This document shows, piece after piece, positions 10,914 to 22,068 of a DNA stretch of 64,000 bases (positions are counted from its first letter, which is position 1; each line of letters begins with the position of its first letter). This stretch comes from Promethearchaeota archaeon (GTDB lineage: Archaea; Asgardarchaeota; Lokiarchaeia; Sigyniarchaeales; SOKP01), in contig JAEOUA010000010.1 of the NCBI GenBank assembly GCA_016839555.1, forward strand, positions 256,001 to 320,000, given 5' to 3'. A program made the translations under genes and the position numbers. The notes beneath the pieces are model-generated. The model made no database searches and was not told where the DNA came from. It saw only the letters and a list, made by a program, of their open reading frames with translations.

Positions 10914-12350
10914 ATGATGATTGAACCAAAAAATATGAAATTTGCTGAATCAATTACTACAAAAAAAATGATTTTATTCTCTTTGCAAGGAATAATTAGT
11001 GGATTTTTGTTTGGAATGTGGGGACAAGTTCAATATTTTGCGGTAAGTATCCTTTTGATACCCCAAGCATTGATTGTAATAATATATTTAGTATATTCAA
11101 TTGTAGATTCAATTAATGATCCTTTAGTGGGATATTTAGCAGATAAATCGACAAGATTTACCACTAAATTTGGAAAGAGATATCCTTGGATATTAATTGG
11201 TGTAGGAATAGGGCCTGTATTTTTAATACTTTGTTTTATCCCAATTTCAACAAATATAGTGGTAATTACTATTTGGTTGCTTGTAATCATGGCAATTTAT
11301 GAAACCTTTTTGACTTCTTTTGAAATTAATCATAACGCTCTGCTGCCCGATTTGATACGGGGAGCTTCTCATAGGAGAAAAATTGTTTCAATAGGTGCAA
11401 TCTTGGGGGGTATTTTTACAATAGTAACAGGAGCTTTAATACCTCAATTAATTGTTTCAATAGGTTATTTAGGAACTGTTATATTTGTAGTTATAATTGC
11501 GTATATTTTAATAATTCCATATAGCTACGGAATCCGTGAACCAGCTGAGATGAAAATGTTTCGGGTTAGATTAGAAAAATCAGAAGAAAAGAAGTCACCA
11601 TTAAAAGAGGTAGTTAAGCGCGTCTTTAATGATAGGAATTGGATGGGTATCGTTATTGTAGTTTTTACATGGTCGGTAGCGGGAGCATGTTGGTTATACG
11701 GTTTGAATTATTTTATGGTAGGCAATCTCGGTTTAGATATTGGATGGACTGCCATACCTTTATTACTGCAGAACCTTATTGGATTTGCGCTAGCACCAAT
11801 ATGGGCATATATTTCTAAGAAAATTGGAGTTAGAAAAGCTTTTATTGCTGGAATGGTATGCAATATAATAGTATATCTTGCTTTCCTTTTTGTTACAGAT
11901 ATGCTTGGGGTTATAATTATATTTACATTCGCAGGAGTTGGGTTTAGCGCAACTTATGGTGTTATAACTGGGCTTTTGAGAGCGGAGGGAATAGATAATG
12001 CAACGATGACTACTGGAAAACGAGAAGAAGGAACGTATATGGGTGTTTTAAGGATATTTACTGCATTTTCCTACTTTTTTCAAACAGTCATTTTCGCAAT
12101 AATTGGGGGACTTACAGGATATGGAGCTATTTTTAATACAGGAGATAATATTTTAGCAGAATTAGGATTGGATATTGAGATATTCATTACTCCAGTAAGC
12201 AATATAGGAAAATTAGGATTAAATTTACAGATGTCAATTATACCTATGATTATTAGCTTAATTGGTATCATCGCCTTTATATTAATGTATAGAGTATCCC
12301 AAGAGGATGCGATAAAAAATAAGCAGAAATTAGTTGAAATGGACTTATGA
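10914..12350 (+). CDS. MFS transporter, GPH/MelB family
   Basis: DSINDPLVGYLADKS...FGKRYPW, IDNATMTTGKREEG, ~12 TM. Confidence 0.88.
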   Translation: MMIEPKNMKFAESITTKKMILFSLQGIISGFLFGMWGQVQYFAVSILLIPQALIVIIYLVYSIVDSINDPLVGYLADKSTRFTTKFGKRYPWILIGVGIGPVFLILCFIPISTNIVVITIWLLVIMAIYETFLTSFEINHNALLPDLIRGASHRRKIVSIGAILGGIFTIVTGALIPQLIVSIGYLGTVIFVVIIAYILIIPYSYGIREPAEMKMFRVRLEKSEEKKSPLKEVVKRVFNDRNWMGIVIVVFTWSVAGACWLYGLNYFMVGNLGLDIGWTAIPLLLQNLIGFALAPIWAYISKKIGVRKAFIAGMVCNIIVYLAFLFVTDMLGVIIIFTFAGVGFSATYGVITGLLRAEGIDNATMTTGKREEGTYMGVLRIFTAFSYFFQTVIFAIIGGLTGYGAIFNTGDNILAELGLDIEIFITPVSNIGKLGLNLQMSIIPMIISLIGIIAFILMYRVSQEDAIKNKQKLVEMDL

Positions 12351-12409
12351 TTCTAATCTAATTAGCTAAAATAATATCTTATTTTTTTTTTAATATTCAA
12401 TTTTTATCT

Positions 12410-13822
12410 CTATTTAATTTTATTTTGATCCCTTTTATGTACATCAAAATTTGTTAATTCTTTCGTATTAGAATTTTTTAATTCGTTAATAATATGAATA
12501 ATTGCTCTCGCTAGAGGTATATAACTGTCTTGATGTATTTTATCTAAAGTATCAGCGGGATCAAATAAATATGGGGGAGCAGTTAAGAAAGATATAAAAG
12601 GAACAGATTTTTTATGATAAAAACATCCGTCTGTTGGAGGTTTATCACTTCCAGGAGAAAATCCTTCTGGTGGGAAAATGATAGAGCGTTTTAAATCTTC
12701 TTTTTTAATTGCATTTTCAACAATATTTATAAGTTCATTTATTCGACTGACAAACCACCAACGAACTGTCGGTTTGTTTAATGGAATTAACTTTCCATCT
12801 TCACTTTTTACATCTCGAGCTACATGCTCAAGATGGATAGCGATAACCGTTTTTTCTAATAATTTTTTATTTTTTTCCACAAAATTTTTTGCTCCTTCCG
12901 CTCCAGCCATATGAGCACAATTCATTAAAAACATCATATTAAATGGGCGTAAATTTTTTGGGATTTGAGCCCAATAATTTGCTTGGGCTAAGACAAGAGT
13001 CATCCCAGAAGCATCTTCTACTGCTGAATTCCAAGGAGCATCATGATGTGTGCCTATTATTACCCACTCATCAGAATTCCCTTGTAAAGAACCGGTGATA
13101 TTATGAGAAATACCCTCTATAATTTTAGTATTAGAAGATAGATTAGCCCTCACGGTGCCCTTTTTCATTAGTTCAGAGATTTTTTTCCCATTTTTAGGAC
13201 TGACATAGACTGCGGGAATGTTCCTCTCTACGGCATCATATGGAACATAATATTTATCGGTTTCCCAAGGATATCCTGAAAGTATACAAATATAACCTAA
13301 AGCATCTTTTAATAAATCGGAATCTAGTATATTTCGTTTTTGTATATCAAAGGGGAGCATTTGTTTTAGTTCGTTAAATTCATTTTCCGGATCATAATAT
13401 CGGTATTCATCAGTTCTAAGGATTCTTGGGATGATTTTCAGTGGTAGCTTCAATAAATTATAATATGCAACTCCGATCTTTTTAGAAATTAATGTTTTAT
13501 TAGAAATTAATTCCAATTCTCCTTCAATGTTTTTCGCAGATTTTGTATAAGGTATAGGAAAACAAGGAATTTCTATGATATGTTCAGGTTCATTAATAAG
13601 CCATATTTTTAGATGAGCATCGAAAACTTCCCATTTTTTTACTTTAATCGGATCTAATACGATATTTTCTAATCCAAACGTTTCAAACTGGTTCTTTATC
13701 CAGGATTCTATTTTATAGTTAGCTGGATATCCTGGTCTTCTAATTCCTTGGTTAAATATTTTAGCAGTCCATTCAAACATTTCATCCTTTGAAGGTATTA
13801 GCTCACTTTTAATAAAATTCAT
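12410..13822 (-). CDS. M28-family Zn peptidase with PA domain
   Basis: IIGTHHD, AVEDASG, PPTD, 'DTLDKI'; PA-like 'NIPAVYVSPKNG'. Confidence 0.75.
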   Translation of the reverse strand: MNFIKSELIPSKDEMFEWTAKIFNQGIRRPGYPANYKIESWIKNQFETFGLENIVLDPIKVKKWEVFDAHLKIWLINEPEHIIEIPCFPIPYTKSAKNIEGELELISNKTLISKKIGVAYYNLLKLPLKIIPRILRTDEYRYYDPENEFNELKQMLPFDIQKRNILDSDLLKDALGYICILSGYPWETDKYYVPYDAVERNIPAVYVSPKNGKKISELMKKGTVRANLSSNTKIIEGISHNITGSLQGNSDEWVIIGTHHDAPWNSAVEDASGMTLVLAQANYWAQIPKNLRPFNMMFLMNCAHMAGAEGAKNFVEKNKKLLEKTVIAIHLEHVARDVKSEDGKLIPLNKPTVRWWFVSRINELINIVENAIKKEDLKRSIIFPPEGFSPGSDKPPTDGCFYHKKSVPFISFLTAPPYLFDPADTLDKIHQDSYIPLARAIIHIINELKNSNTKELTNFDVHKRDQNKIK

Positions 13823-13938
13823 TAATCAATGCAATAAATGAGTTTAAATCTTATTAATTGCTCGGTTTATTATGAAAAGATTTATTTACATAAGAAGAGA
13901 ATTTTATTATAGAAATAATCAAAAAGGTTTGAAAATAT

Positions 13939-16629
13939 TTGACTAAATATGATTATGGTTCAGGGCATTTTGGAAAATGGATTAAAGATGAATTTGGTTT
14001 ACCCGCATATCTTTATACATGTGATCAAATTAAGGATCCTAAAGCTGTTTCACCAGTAAATAAAAAAATTACCAATCCAAGAGAGCACCTTTTTCTAGTT
14101 GGAAATGACCGTCTAGTTTCAATTGCTTCAAATTTTGGTCATGTTCGAGTTAGGCAAGATGAAGGAAGTCCTAAATTTTTGAATGATTATTATCCTGAGA
14201 TTCAGCAATACGCAGGAGGGTTTGGATATTTATATGATGGGAAAATGATACTAAATACGTATTATCATGGTCAGAAAAAGAATCTGGAAAGAATATATGG
14301 TATCGGATATTTTCGAAAAACACTCAAACATGTTAATTATGAGATAGATCACCGTATTTTTGCTCCATATGGGGATGATCCCCTTCTAATCTCCAAAGTA
14401 TATATAAAAAATTTACAAGATACTCCCGTAGATCTTCAATGGTATGAATATTGGGGGTGTTTCAATTATCAATTTTCATTTGAAGGGGTAATGGCGGCAA
14501 TAAAAGAGAAAGATATTAAAATAGCACAGAAAATACGAAGAGATAAAAGTAATAAATTGAAAAATAAATACTTTCTTATGAATGATGGTAAGTGTATTGT
14601 AAATGTTAAGCATGAGTCAAAATTAGAGTTTCCTAAAGAAAGTAGTGAAGCTTTAGAATTAATTGCTAATAATCGCTTAAAGCAAAAAAGACCTGGTCTT
14701 GAAGACAGATATCCTCCTCCTATTTATCTAATTTCTCTGGATGAGAAAGCGGATGGCTGGATGACTGATGGAAAGAATTTTTTTGGAGGCGGTGGAATTG
14801 AAACTCCTAATGGAATTAAAAAAGATTTTCAATCAGAGTTGAATTCCAAAGGTTCCGAAAGTTCCTTGATAATGATACGGAAATTTAGATTAAAACCAGG
14901 AGAAAGTAAAACTCTATATTTTGCATATGGCTATCTTCCAGAAGATATTGATTTAAACCAACTTATTTCTAAATATTCAACCAATTTAGATAAATTATTA
15001 TCACAATCGTGTGAAAAATGGAATTCCAATCGTATAAAATTAGAAATACCTGAGATTTCGTGGGTAGATCGTGAATTAACATGGCACCATTATTATTTAC
15101 GTGGGGCAATGAGCTATGACAGTTTTTTCATGGAATATATTCTTTCCCAAGGGCATGTTTATCAATATGTTATTGGATTTCAAGGAGCGGCAAGAGACCC
15201 CTTGCAGCATGTTTTGCCGTTTCTATTATGTGACTCTCAAATTGTAAAGGAAGTAATTCGATATACTTTGAAGGAGGTACAAGAAGATGGGGAGATTCCA
15301 TATGGAATTACGGGAAATGGAATGCTTATGCCCTCTCCTTGGAAGCCTAGTGATTTAGAATTATGGCTGCTATGGGTTGCAAGTGAATATATTTTATCTT
15401 CCCGTGATAAAGATTTTTTAAATGAAGAAATCCCCACCTATCCTATTCATGGGCGAAAAGCAGGAAAATCCACAGTTAAAGAACTACTTCAATTATGTTA
15501 TTTCCATTTTACAGAAAAAACTGGAAAGGGTAAGCATGGTTTACAAAGACTTTCTAATGGTGATTGGAATGATATGGTAGTTTTAGGAAGTTATACTAAT
15601 AAACAACAAAGCGATATAAGAAAGTATGCTGAAAGTGTTCTTAATTCAGCAATGGCAATTAAAGTATTTTATTATTATGCTGAAATGCTTCAATTTGTTG
15701 GCGAAAACGTGCTTGCCACAGAAGTTTTAGATTATTCTAACTCTTTAAGGAAAGCGGTTCATAATCAATGGGGAGGAAAATGGTTTAAACGCGCATGGTT
15801 AACAGAAGAAATAGGATGGATTGGAGAAGAAAGAATGTGGTTAGAACCCCAACCATGGGCCATTATAAGTAATTCAACGGATGAAACACAAAGGAAGAAA
15901 CTTATTAACTCCTTAAATGAGTTAGTGCGTAATCCGTCAAATATAGGTGCCATATTACATGATAAACCTTTGGATGTAAAAGATACTCCTGTAGGGATGG
16001 GTACGAATGCAGGAATTTGGCCTTCAATTAATGGAACTCTAATTTGGGCTCTCAGCTTGGTCGATCGAAAATTGGCTTGGGAAGAATGGAAGAAAAATAC
16101 TTTAGCAAAACATGCTGAAGAGTATCCCGATATATGGTATGGAATTTGGAGCGGTCCCGATACATATAATTCTAAATATTCAAAATATCCTGGTCAAACA
16201 ATTTTCGATGAATATTATAAAACAGGGAATTTAGAAGATAAATCGACAGAGATCGAACTTGGAGGTATGAATTGGACGGACTGGCCGGTATTAAATTTGC
16301 ACCCTCACGCTTGGCCGTTATTTAATACTAAGCATTTAATTGGAGTAGAATTTACCAAAGATGGATTAAAAATTACTCCGACCTTACCTTTTGAGGAGTA
16401 TTCATATTCAACCCCACTTTTTGGATTTGCAAAATCTAAAGAGGGATATTCAGGATGGTACGCCCCAAAAAAAGAAGGTGAATGGAAAGTCACTTTAAAG
16501 TTATCTAAAAAAGAGATGAGTAAATTCAGTTCAGTCTCTATTAATAGGATTAAGGAATCATTATTAATCACGGAGGATAAAGTATTATTTACTGGTAGAG
16601 GCACCCCATTAAAATGGGCTATTAAATAA
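13939..16629 (+). CDS. GH94-like glycoside phosphorylase
   Basis: GFQGAARDPLQ, PSDLELWL, catalytic-type GDWND, NAGIW; TTG start. Confidence 0.75.
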   Translation: MTKYDYGSGHFGKWIKDEFGLPAYLYTCDQIKDPKAVSPVNKKITNPREHLFLVGNDRLVSIASNFGHVRVRQDEGSPKFLNDYYPEIQQYAGGFGYLYDGKMILNTYYHGQKKNLERIYGIGYFRKTLKHVNYEIDHRIFAPYGDDPLLISKVYIKNLQDTPVDLQWYEYWGCFNYQFSFEGVMAAIKEKDIKIAQKIRRDKSNKLKNKYFLMNDGKCIVNVKHESKLEFPKESSEALELIANNRLKQKRPGLEDRYPPPIYLISLDEKADGWMTDGKNFFGGGGIETPNGIKKDFQSELNSKGSESSLIMIRKFRLKPGESKTLYFAYGYLPEDIDLNQLISKYSTNLDKLLSQSCEKWNSNRIKLEIPEISWVDRELTWHHYYLRGAMSYDSFFMEYILSQGHVYQYVIGFQGAARDPLQHVLPFLLCDSQIVKEVIRYTLKEVQEDGEIPYGITGNGMLMPSPWKPSDLELWLLWVASEYILSSRDKDFLNEEIPTYPIHGRKAGKSTVKELLQLCYFHFTEKTGKGKHGLQRLSNGDWNDMVVLGSYTNKQQSDIRKYAESVLNSAMAIKVFYYYAEMLQFVGENVLATEVLDYSNSLRKAVHNQWGGKWFKRAWLTEEIGWIGEERMWLEPQPWAIISNSTDETQRKKLINSLNELVRNPSNIGAILHDKPLDVKDTPVGMGTNAGIWPSINGTLIWALSLVDRKLAWEEWKKNTLAKHAEEYPDIWYGIWSGPDTYNSKYSKYPGQTIFDEYYKTGNLEDKSTEIELGGMNWTDWPVLNLHPHAWPLFNTKHLIGVEFTKDGLKITPTLPFEEYSYSTPLFGFAKSKEGYSGWYAPKKEGEWKVTLKLSKKEMSKFSSVSINRIKESLLITEDKVLFTGRGTPLKWAIK

Positions 16630-16715
16630 TTTAATTCTTTTAAATGTATTGAAGAATAAATTTTATTAAAATTTGAAATTAATAAGATAAAAAATAAAAA
16701 AATAATTGTTAACGT

Positions 16716-17900
16716 ATGAATGCCCCAGAAAGAGTTTTGAAAGCTGTTAATCATGAAGAACCAGACAAGGTTCCTGCCTTTGAAACCACAATTACTAATA
16801 CTGCTTTAGAAAAACATTATGGAATATCCTCGGGTACTAATTTAGCGGAAGTGTATGCGACTCTAAGTAAAATAGGAAAAAAAGGTATGGAACTACTTCT
16901 AAAAAGTTTTCTTAATAAGGAAGTGGTGAAAGGAGTAATGAAACCACTATATGAGTTTCACCATAAAGCTAAACTTGATATCACTCTTAGTATGGCTTCA
17001 TTATTTCCTCGAGAACTCTTAGAGAAAGGGGAAGGATTTATTGATGAGTATGGTAGAATATTAAAATTTGAGAGTTACGAAGATAAGCAAGGAAATGTAA
17101 CAATTATTTCGGGATATCGAGGAGGAATATTTGAAAATTTTGAAGATTATGAAGCTTGGGAACCGCCGGATCCTCATTGGGAGGCACGCTATATAAATTT
17201 TGAAGCTGGTAAAGAAGTTCAAGAAGAAATGAACAATATAGTATTCTCGATCCCTTCTGTTGGCGCTCTAATGGAATGTACGTGGGAAGGCTTCGGATTA
17301 GAAACCTTTTCAAAAGTTTTAAGACATCCTAAACAGGCTAAGAAAGTATTTGATGATCGTGGAGAATTCACTCTGGAAATTGTAAAGATTTTAGCGGAAA
17401 AAGGTGCTCAAATAATCGTATTATGGGATGACTATGGCTTTAAGAATGGATTGTTTATGAGTCCGCGTAATTATAGAACATATGTATTTCCGTGGTTAAA
17501 ACGGATCTGTGATGCCGCCCATAAACATAATTGTAAAATTCTTCTACATTCTGATGGAGATTTACTGGAAATATTCGAAGATTTAATTAATTGCGGCATT
17601 GATATATTAAATCCTCTCGAACCTACTACTGCAAATCCCAATTATGATATTTTTAAATTAAATGAAAAATATGGGGATAAGCTAACATTTTGTGGAAATA
17701 TATCTCCAGTGATGCTAGCTAGGGGTAAAATTTCAGAAATTGAATCCTATACTAAACGATTAATACGTGAACTTGCTCCCGGGGGAGGATATATATTTTC
17801 ATCAGGACATAGTATTAATCCTGCTATAACGGTAGATAGATACGAGGCAATGGTTAAGATTAGAGAAAAATATGGAACATATCCCATAGGGAATATTTAA
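16716..17900 (+). CDS. Uroporphyrinogen decarboxylase/MtaA-CmuA family protein
   Basis: ERVLKAVNHEEPDKVP, DDYG, LLHSDG, GGGYIFSSGHSI. Confidence 0.85.
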   Translation: MNAPERVLKAVNHEEPDKVPAFETTITNTALEKHYGISSGTNLAEVYATLSKIGKKGMELLLKSFLNKEVVKGVMKPLYEFHHKAKLDITLSMASLFPRELLEKGEGFIDEYGRILKFESYEDKQGNVTIISGYRGGIFENFEDYEAWEPPDPHWEARYINFEAGKEVQEEMNNIVFSIPSVGALMECTWEGFGLETFSKVLRHPKQAKKVFDDRGEFTLEIVKILAEKGAQIIVLWDDYGFKNGLFMSPRNYRTYVFPWLKRICDAAHKHNCKILLHSDGDLLEIFEDLINCGIDILNPLEPTTANPNYDIFKLNEKYGDKLTFCGNISPVMLARGKISEIESYTKRLIRELAPGGGYIFSSGHSINPAITVDRYEAMVKIREKYGTYPIGNI

Positions 17901-18095
17901 TTTCTTTTTATATAAGTTGCTTAAATGAAAATATTCATAGCACAGATCATAGTTTTCAAGAAATTGAGAGAATTGTTGTATAAGCTGAAAACTTTTTAAA
18001 TTACTAAATTAAAATAATAATTACTAATAAATCAATTAAATAAATAAATCAAGAATTAGTTAAATAATAAGAAAATAAAGAGGCTTGAAATTAAA

Positions 18096-18521
18096 ATGGT
18101 TAATGAAGAGATTATTAAAAAATTAAAAGCATTAAGAGATAAAGAGCTTACTGAAACAAAGGATGCAATAACCTTATTCGAAATATATAAACAAATAGCT
18201 CAAGAAGAAGATGATATTAAGGAAGAATTAGAGGATATGGATGAGATTATTATTCAAAATGTTTATTCTGATGCAGATTTCAAGTATTGGGTAAAATTGG
18301 GTGCAGGAAAGTTTGATGTAGGAGAAGGAGAGGCAGAAGACCCTAATGTAACGATGAGTGCAACTGCTGAAACGTGGTCTGGATTAGGTTCTGGCGAAAT
18401 TGAAGCTGCTGGTGCCTATATGGCAGGAGACCTGTCTATAGAAGGAAATTTGCAAGACGCAATTGCCTACGGCGAAATCTTAGATCTATTTAGAGATATT
18501 ATGGCAGATTTAGAAGAATAG
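18096..18521 (+). CDS. Standalone SCP2 (sterol/lipid carrier) domain protein
   Basis: GEAEDPNVTMS...GEIEAAGAYMAGDLSIEGNLQDA. Confidence 0.88.
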   Translation: MVNEEIIKKLKALRDKELTETKDAITLFEIYKQIAQEEDDIKEELEDMDEIIIQNVYSDADFKYWVKLGAGKFDVGEGEAEDPNVTMSATAETWSGLGSGEIEAAGAYMAGDLSIEGNLQDAIAYGEILDLFRDIMADLEE

Positions 18522-18697
18522 CTATTCTTTGTATCAATCCTTAAAATATTTTATTTTATCCTTTTTTAAAACTAATAGTATTAAATTTTTTATTATTGGG
18601 AAAAGCATTGTTAATTTTATTTTCATTAGAACTACTAATTATACAACTAGTACAATTTTAAAAAGAGAAAATTAAAAAATAGAAAAAAAGTAAATTA

Positions 18698-19741
18698 ATG
18701 AACAATCTTGAGTTAACGTTATCAGCAATAAGGGGAATACCAGATAAAGTACCTTTTAATCCCTTTATCATGCATTTGGCAGCTTCATTATCTGATTTAG
18801 ACTATAATAAAGACTATTGTCAAGTTCCTGAGAATTTAGCAGATGCCCAGATTAAATGTTCAGAATTTTTTGGAATAGATCATGTAAATGTGTCCACGGA
18901 TGCGTATCGCGAGGCAAGCGCTTGGGGGGTAGAGATTGACTGGAACTCTCATACACCAGTGGCCCGAAAGCCCTTAAAGGTCGAGGAATTCGATTCATTA
19001 GAACGCCCAAATTTGGAGGAAAGTCAGCGGATCATGAATCGTGTAAAAGCGGTGGAAATCCTCTCAAAAAAATTAGGTGATTCTCAATGTATAGTAGGTT
19101 GGATAGAGGCTCCCTTTGCAGAGATTTGCTGCTTATTTGACCTAATGAATGTTCTATTATTATGTAGATATGAAGATTGGGATGAAAAAATTAAAGCATT
19201 AATTAATAGAATATTACCAATTCAAAAAGAATTTGCTAAGATGCAGATTGAGGCAGGAGCTCATATTATTGGAGCGGGGGATTCCGCAATATCCCAATTA
19301 GGGCCAATGAGATACGAAAGATGTTGCCTTAAAGCGACTCAAAAATTATTTAATGAAATACAGAAAAATGTACCAGTCCTTTATCATATATGTGGAGATA
19401 ACTCAATTGTAGATAAAGATGGTCGAGACATGTTAAAACTGGTATCAAGTACGAATGCCGCAATCTTGGATTTAGATTATCAAGTTGATTTGAAATTAGC
19501 AAAAGAAAAAATAGGAAAAAAGAATTGTATACGCGGAAATACTAATACTCAAGTATTAGGAAGCTTACATTATCCAATTACTGAAGTTATGAAGGAAATT
19601 ACAAATACAATAAATTTAGGGAAACCTGGAGGAAATTATATGTATGCTGCGGGATGTGAATGGCCTTGGGAGCCTAAAAATATGGCGATACGCAATTTAA
19701 GTCTTGCAAAGGCTTTAAATGAAAAATTAGGTCTGTACTAG
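18698..19741 (+). CDS. MtaA/CmuA-type methylcobamide:acceptor methyltransferase (UroD fold)
   Basis: REASAWG, GWIEAPF, Zn-binding H-x-C (LYHICG) and C-terminal AAGCE. Confidence 0.8.
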   Translation: MNNLELTLSAIRGIPDKVPFNPFIMHLAASLSDLDYNKDYCQVPENLADAQIKCSEFFGIDHVNVSTDAYREASAWGVEIDWNSHTPVARKPLKVEEFDSLERPNLEESQRIMNRVKAVEILSKKLGDSQCIVGWIEAPFAEICCLFDLMNVLLLCRYEDWDEKIKALINRILPIQKEFAKMQIEAGAHIIGAGDSAISQLGPMRYERCCLKATQKLFNEIQKNVPVLYHICGDNSIVDKDGRDMLKLVSSTNAAILDLDYQVDLKLAKEKIGKKNCIRGNTNTQVLGSLHYPITEVMKEITNTINLGKPGGNYMYAAGCEWPWEPKNMAIRNLSLAKALNEKLGLY

Positions 19742-19917
19742 AGAAGATTTAAATCCATTTTTTGAATATTTCTCTTTTACTTTATTTTAATTTAGGTATT
19801 TAGTTTCTTTTAATTTAGAAAATATCCAGTCGATTTTCTAAAAAATTAAATTATAATATTGATTTAAATACTTAGGATCAAGAATAAATTAAACCCAAAT
19901 GAATAGAATAAATTACA

Positions 19918-21045
19918 ATGAACTCAACTAATAAAAGGGACTATTACGAGGTATTAGGAGTTTCCAAAGATGCGGATATTGATGAAATAAAACTCGCATA
20001 TAGAAAATTAGCAAAAAAGTTTCATCCCGACATAAATAAAGAAGATCCTAATGCCAAGGAGAAATTTATCGAAGTGCAAGAAGCATATGAAGTATTAAGT
20101 GATCCAGAAAAACGCAAAAACTATGATACTTTCGGATTTAGAGGAGTTGACATTGATATTGGCGATATTTTTAGAGGAGGCATACCGGGAATTGATGAGA
20201 TTTTTGAGTCTTTCTTTGGTGGTTTTGGTGGTTTTGGAGGCTTTGGAGGTTTTGGGAGTGGAAATAGAGCAAGTCGGCAAGCTCAAAGAAGAGAAATTGG
20301 ACAAGATATTGAGAGAACTCTTGATATTAGTTTTAAAGAAGCCATGTTTGGAGCTAAGAAAGATGTCGTAATAGAACGATATGTTCCTTGTTCCGCATGT
20401 GATGGAACTGGTGCGGAGGATTTATCTTCGATTGAAACTTGTCCAGAATGTCAAGGGAGTGGGAGATATAGAAAAATGACGCATTCAGGGTTTGGAACCA
20501 TCATCCGAGAATCAGAATGCCCTTACTGCGATGGAAAAGGCAAAATCATTAAAAACAAATGTAAAGTGTGCGGAGGGAGAAAAGTTGTCAAAGAAAAGAA
20601 AGAGATCAAAGGCATAAAAATCCCTTCTGGTATAGAAAACGGGGTTCATTTAAAAGCCCAAGGTGCGGGTCATATTCCTTCCAGAGATGCATATCCCGGA
20701 GATTTGTACCTTAAGATAAATATTGAAGAGAATGAAAATTTCATAAGAAGAGGGAATGATTTATTTACTCAAGTCGATATTGATATAATAAAAGCTATTC
20801 TTGGGGGTAAAATCGTCGTACCTACCTTGAACTATAAAAAAGAAGAAATTGTAGACAAAGAATTAGAAATACCTCCTGGAACTCAATTTGGCACTGAATT
20901 TCGTATAAAAAATCGTGGCGCCACTTATATGAGAGGAAAAGGGCGAGGAGACCAGTATATTGTAGTCAATATTGTAATACCAAAAAAGATTACAAAAGAG
21001 CAAGAAGAATTGCTTCTTAAATTTAGAGAATTAGCTCCTACTTAA
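19918..21045 (+). CDS. dnaJ: Chaperone DnaJ (class A)
   Basis: J domain with HPD, G/F-rich linker, four CxxCxGxG-type repeats. Confidence 0.98.
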   Translation: MNSTNKRDYYEVLGVSKDADIDEIKLAYRKLAKKFHPDINKEDPNAKEKFIEVQEAYEVLSDPEKRKNYDTFGFRGVDIDIGDIFRGGIPGIDEIFESFFGGFGGFGGFGGFGSGNRASRQAQRREIGQDIERTLDISFKEAMFGAKKDVVIERYVPCSACDGTGAEDLSSIETCPECQGSGRYRKMTHSGFGTIIRESECPYCDGKGKIIKNKCKVCGGRKVVKEKKEIKGIKIPSGIENGVHLKAQGAGHIPSRDAYPGDLYLKINIEENENFIRRGNDLFTQVDIDIIKAILGGKIVVPTLNYKKEEIVDKELEIPPGTQFGTEFRIKNRGATYMRGKGRGDQYIVVNIVIPKKITKEQEELLLKFRELAPT

Positions 21046-21112
21046 TTAGACAGTCTAATTTTTATCCTAAATTTAAGTTAGATTTAAAAATAAGAAAAAA
21101 TAAAATTAAATA

Positions 21113-21958
21113 TTAGACATGGTTTTCAAGCCATTGAACAAGATCATTTAACACCATACTTCTTTTATCCTTACTTTCATTATAAACTTCGTGATATAGA
21201 CCTTCATAAATCTTCACAGTTTTATCCTCCATTTTGTAATGTTCTTTTAAGTCTTCAATACCAAAAACCGCTTTATCCTCAGAACCGCATTGAACTAACA
21301 ATGGTAATTGGAAATCTTCAACAATCTCATTTAGATTCCCAAAATTAACTAGCATTTCTTTAGCAAGTCGAGCAGTAATTTTTTCATGATGAACCAATGG
21401 ATCTTCTATATATGCTTTCACCACTTCAGGATCATGACTAAGAAAGTTAGGATCTAATTTGGTCTCAATAGTCATTTTTGGGGCTATTTTTGAAATTCCT
21501 TTCGATAGGAGTTTAACAAATCCAGAAACATCCTCCCCAGCGGAATTTCCCGCTCCAGAAAGGATTAATCCATCCAATAAAGATTCATATTTTTTGGTAA
21601 AATATTGTGCAATTACAGAACCCATAGAATGGCCCAACATAAAATATGGAATATTTGGATGGTTTTCTTTTGCTATTTCATATATTCTCTTTTCATCTTC
21701 AATATATTGATCAAATGAATCAACATAATTAGTAGTTCCCTCTGATTTTCCATGTCCTCTATGATCATCAGCATAGATTGCATATTCTAATGGAACTAGT
21801 TTATTTATCACATTTGAGTATCGACCGGAATGTGACCCAAAACCGTGAACAATTTGCACTACTGCTTTTGGTTTTCCTTCAGGTAGCCAATACTGATAAT
21901 AAATCCTGAGACCTTTTTCCCCATTAAAATTATTTTCTTTATGTTCCATAATTATCAA
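21113..21958 (-). CDS. Alpha/beta hydrolase, monoacylglycerol lipase/lysophospholipase family
   Basis: VHGFGSHSGRY, DHRGHGKS, GHSMG nucleophile elbow, YHEVYNE. Confidence 0.9.
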   Translation of the reverse strand: MIIMEHKENNFNGEKGLRIYYQYWLPEGKPKAVVQIVHGFGSHSGRYSNVINKLVPLEYAIYADDHRGHGKSEGTTNYVDSFDQYIEDEKRIYEIAKENHPNIPYFMLGHSMGSVIAQYFTKKYESLLDGLILSGAGNSAGEDVSGFVKLLSKGISKIAPKMTIETKLDPNFLSHDPEVVKAYIEDPLVHHEKITARLAKEMLVNFGNLNEIVEDFQLPLLVQCGSEDKAVFGIEDLKEHYKMEDKTVKIYEGLYHEVYNESKDKRSMVLNDLVQWLENHV

Positions 21959-22068
21959 ATTTCACTTTAATTTCTAGTATTAATATTATAAAATAATATT
22001 TAAATAAAGATAAATATTACAACTTCTCATATATTAATAAGGTAAATAGCTTGACTTCTAAATAGAGT

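Noticed and set aside
16716-19741. MtaA/MtrH/HdrA taken as evidence for methanogenesis
   Set aside because: No mcr or other mtr subunits are in the window; these families are widespread in non-methanogenic Asgard archaea.
20215-20260. GGTTTTGG(T/A)-type 9-bp repeats
   Set aside because: They encode the normal G/F-rich linker of DnaJ.
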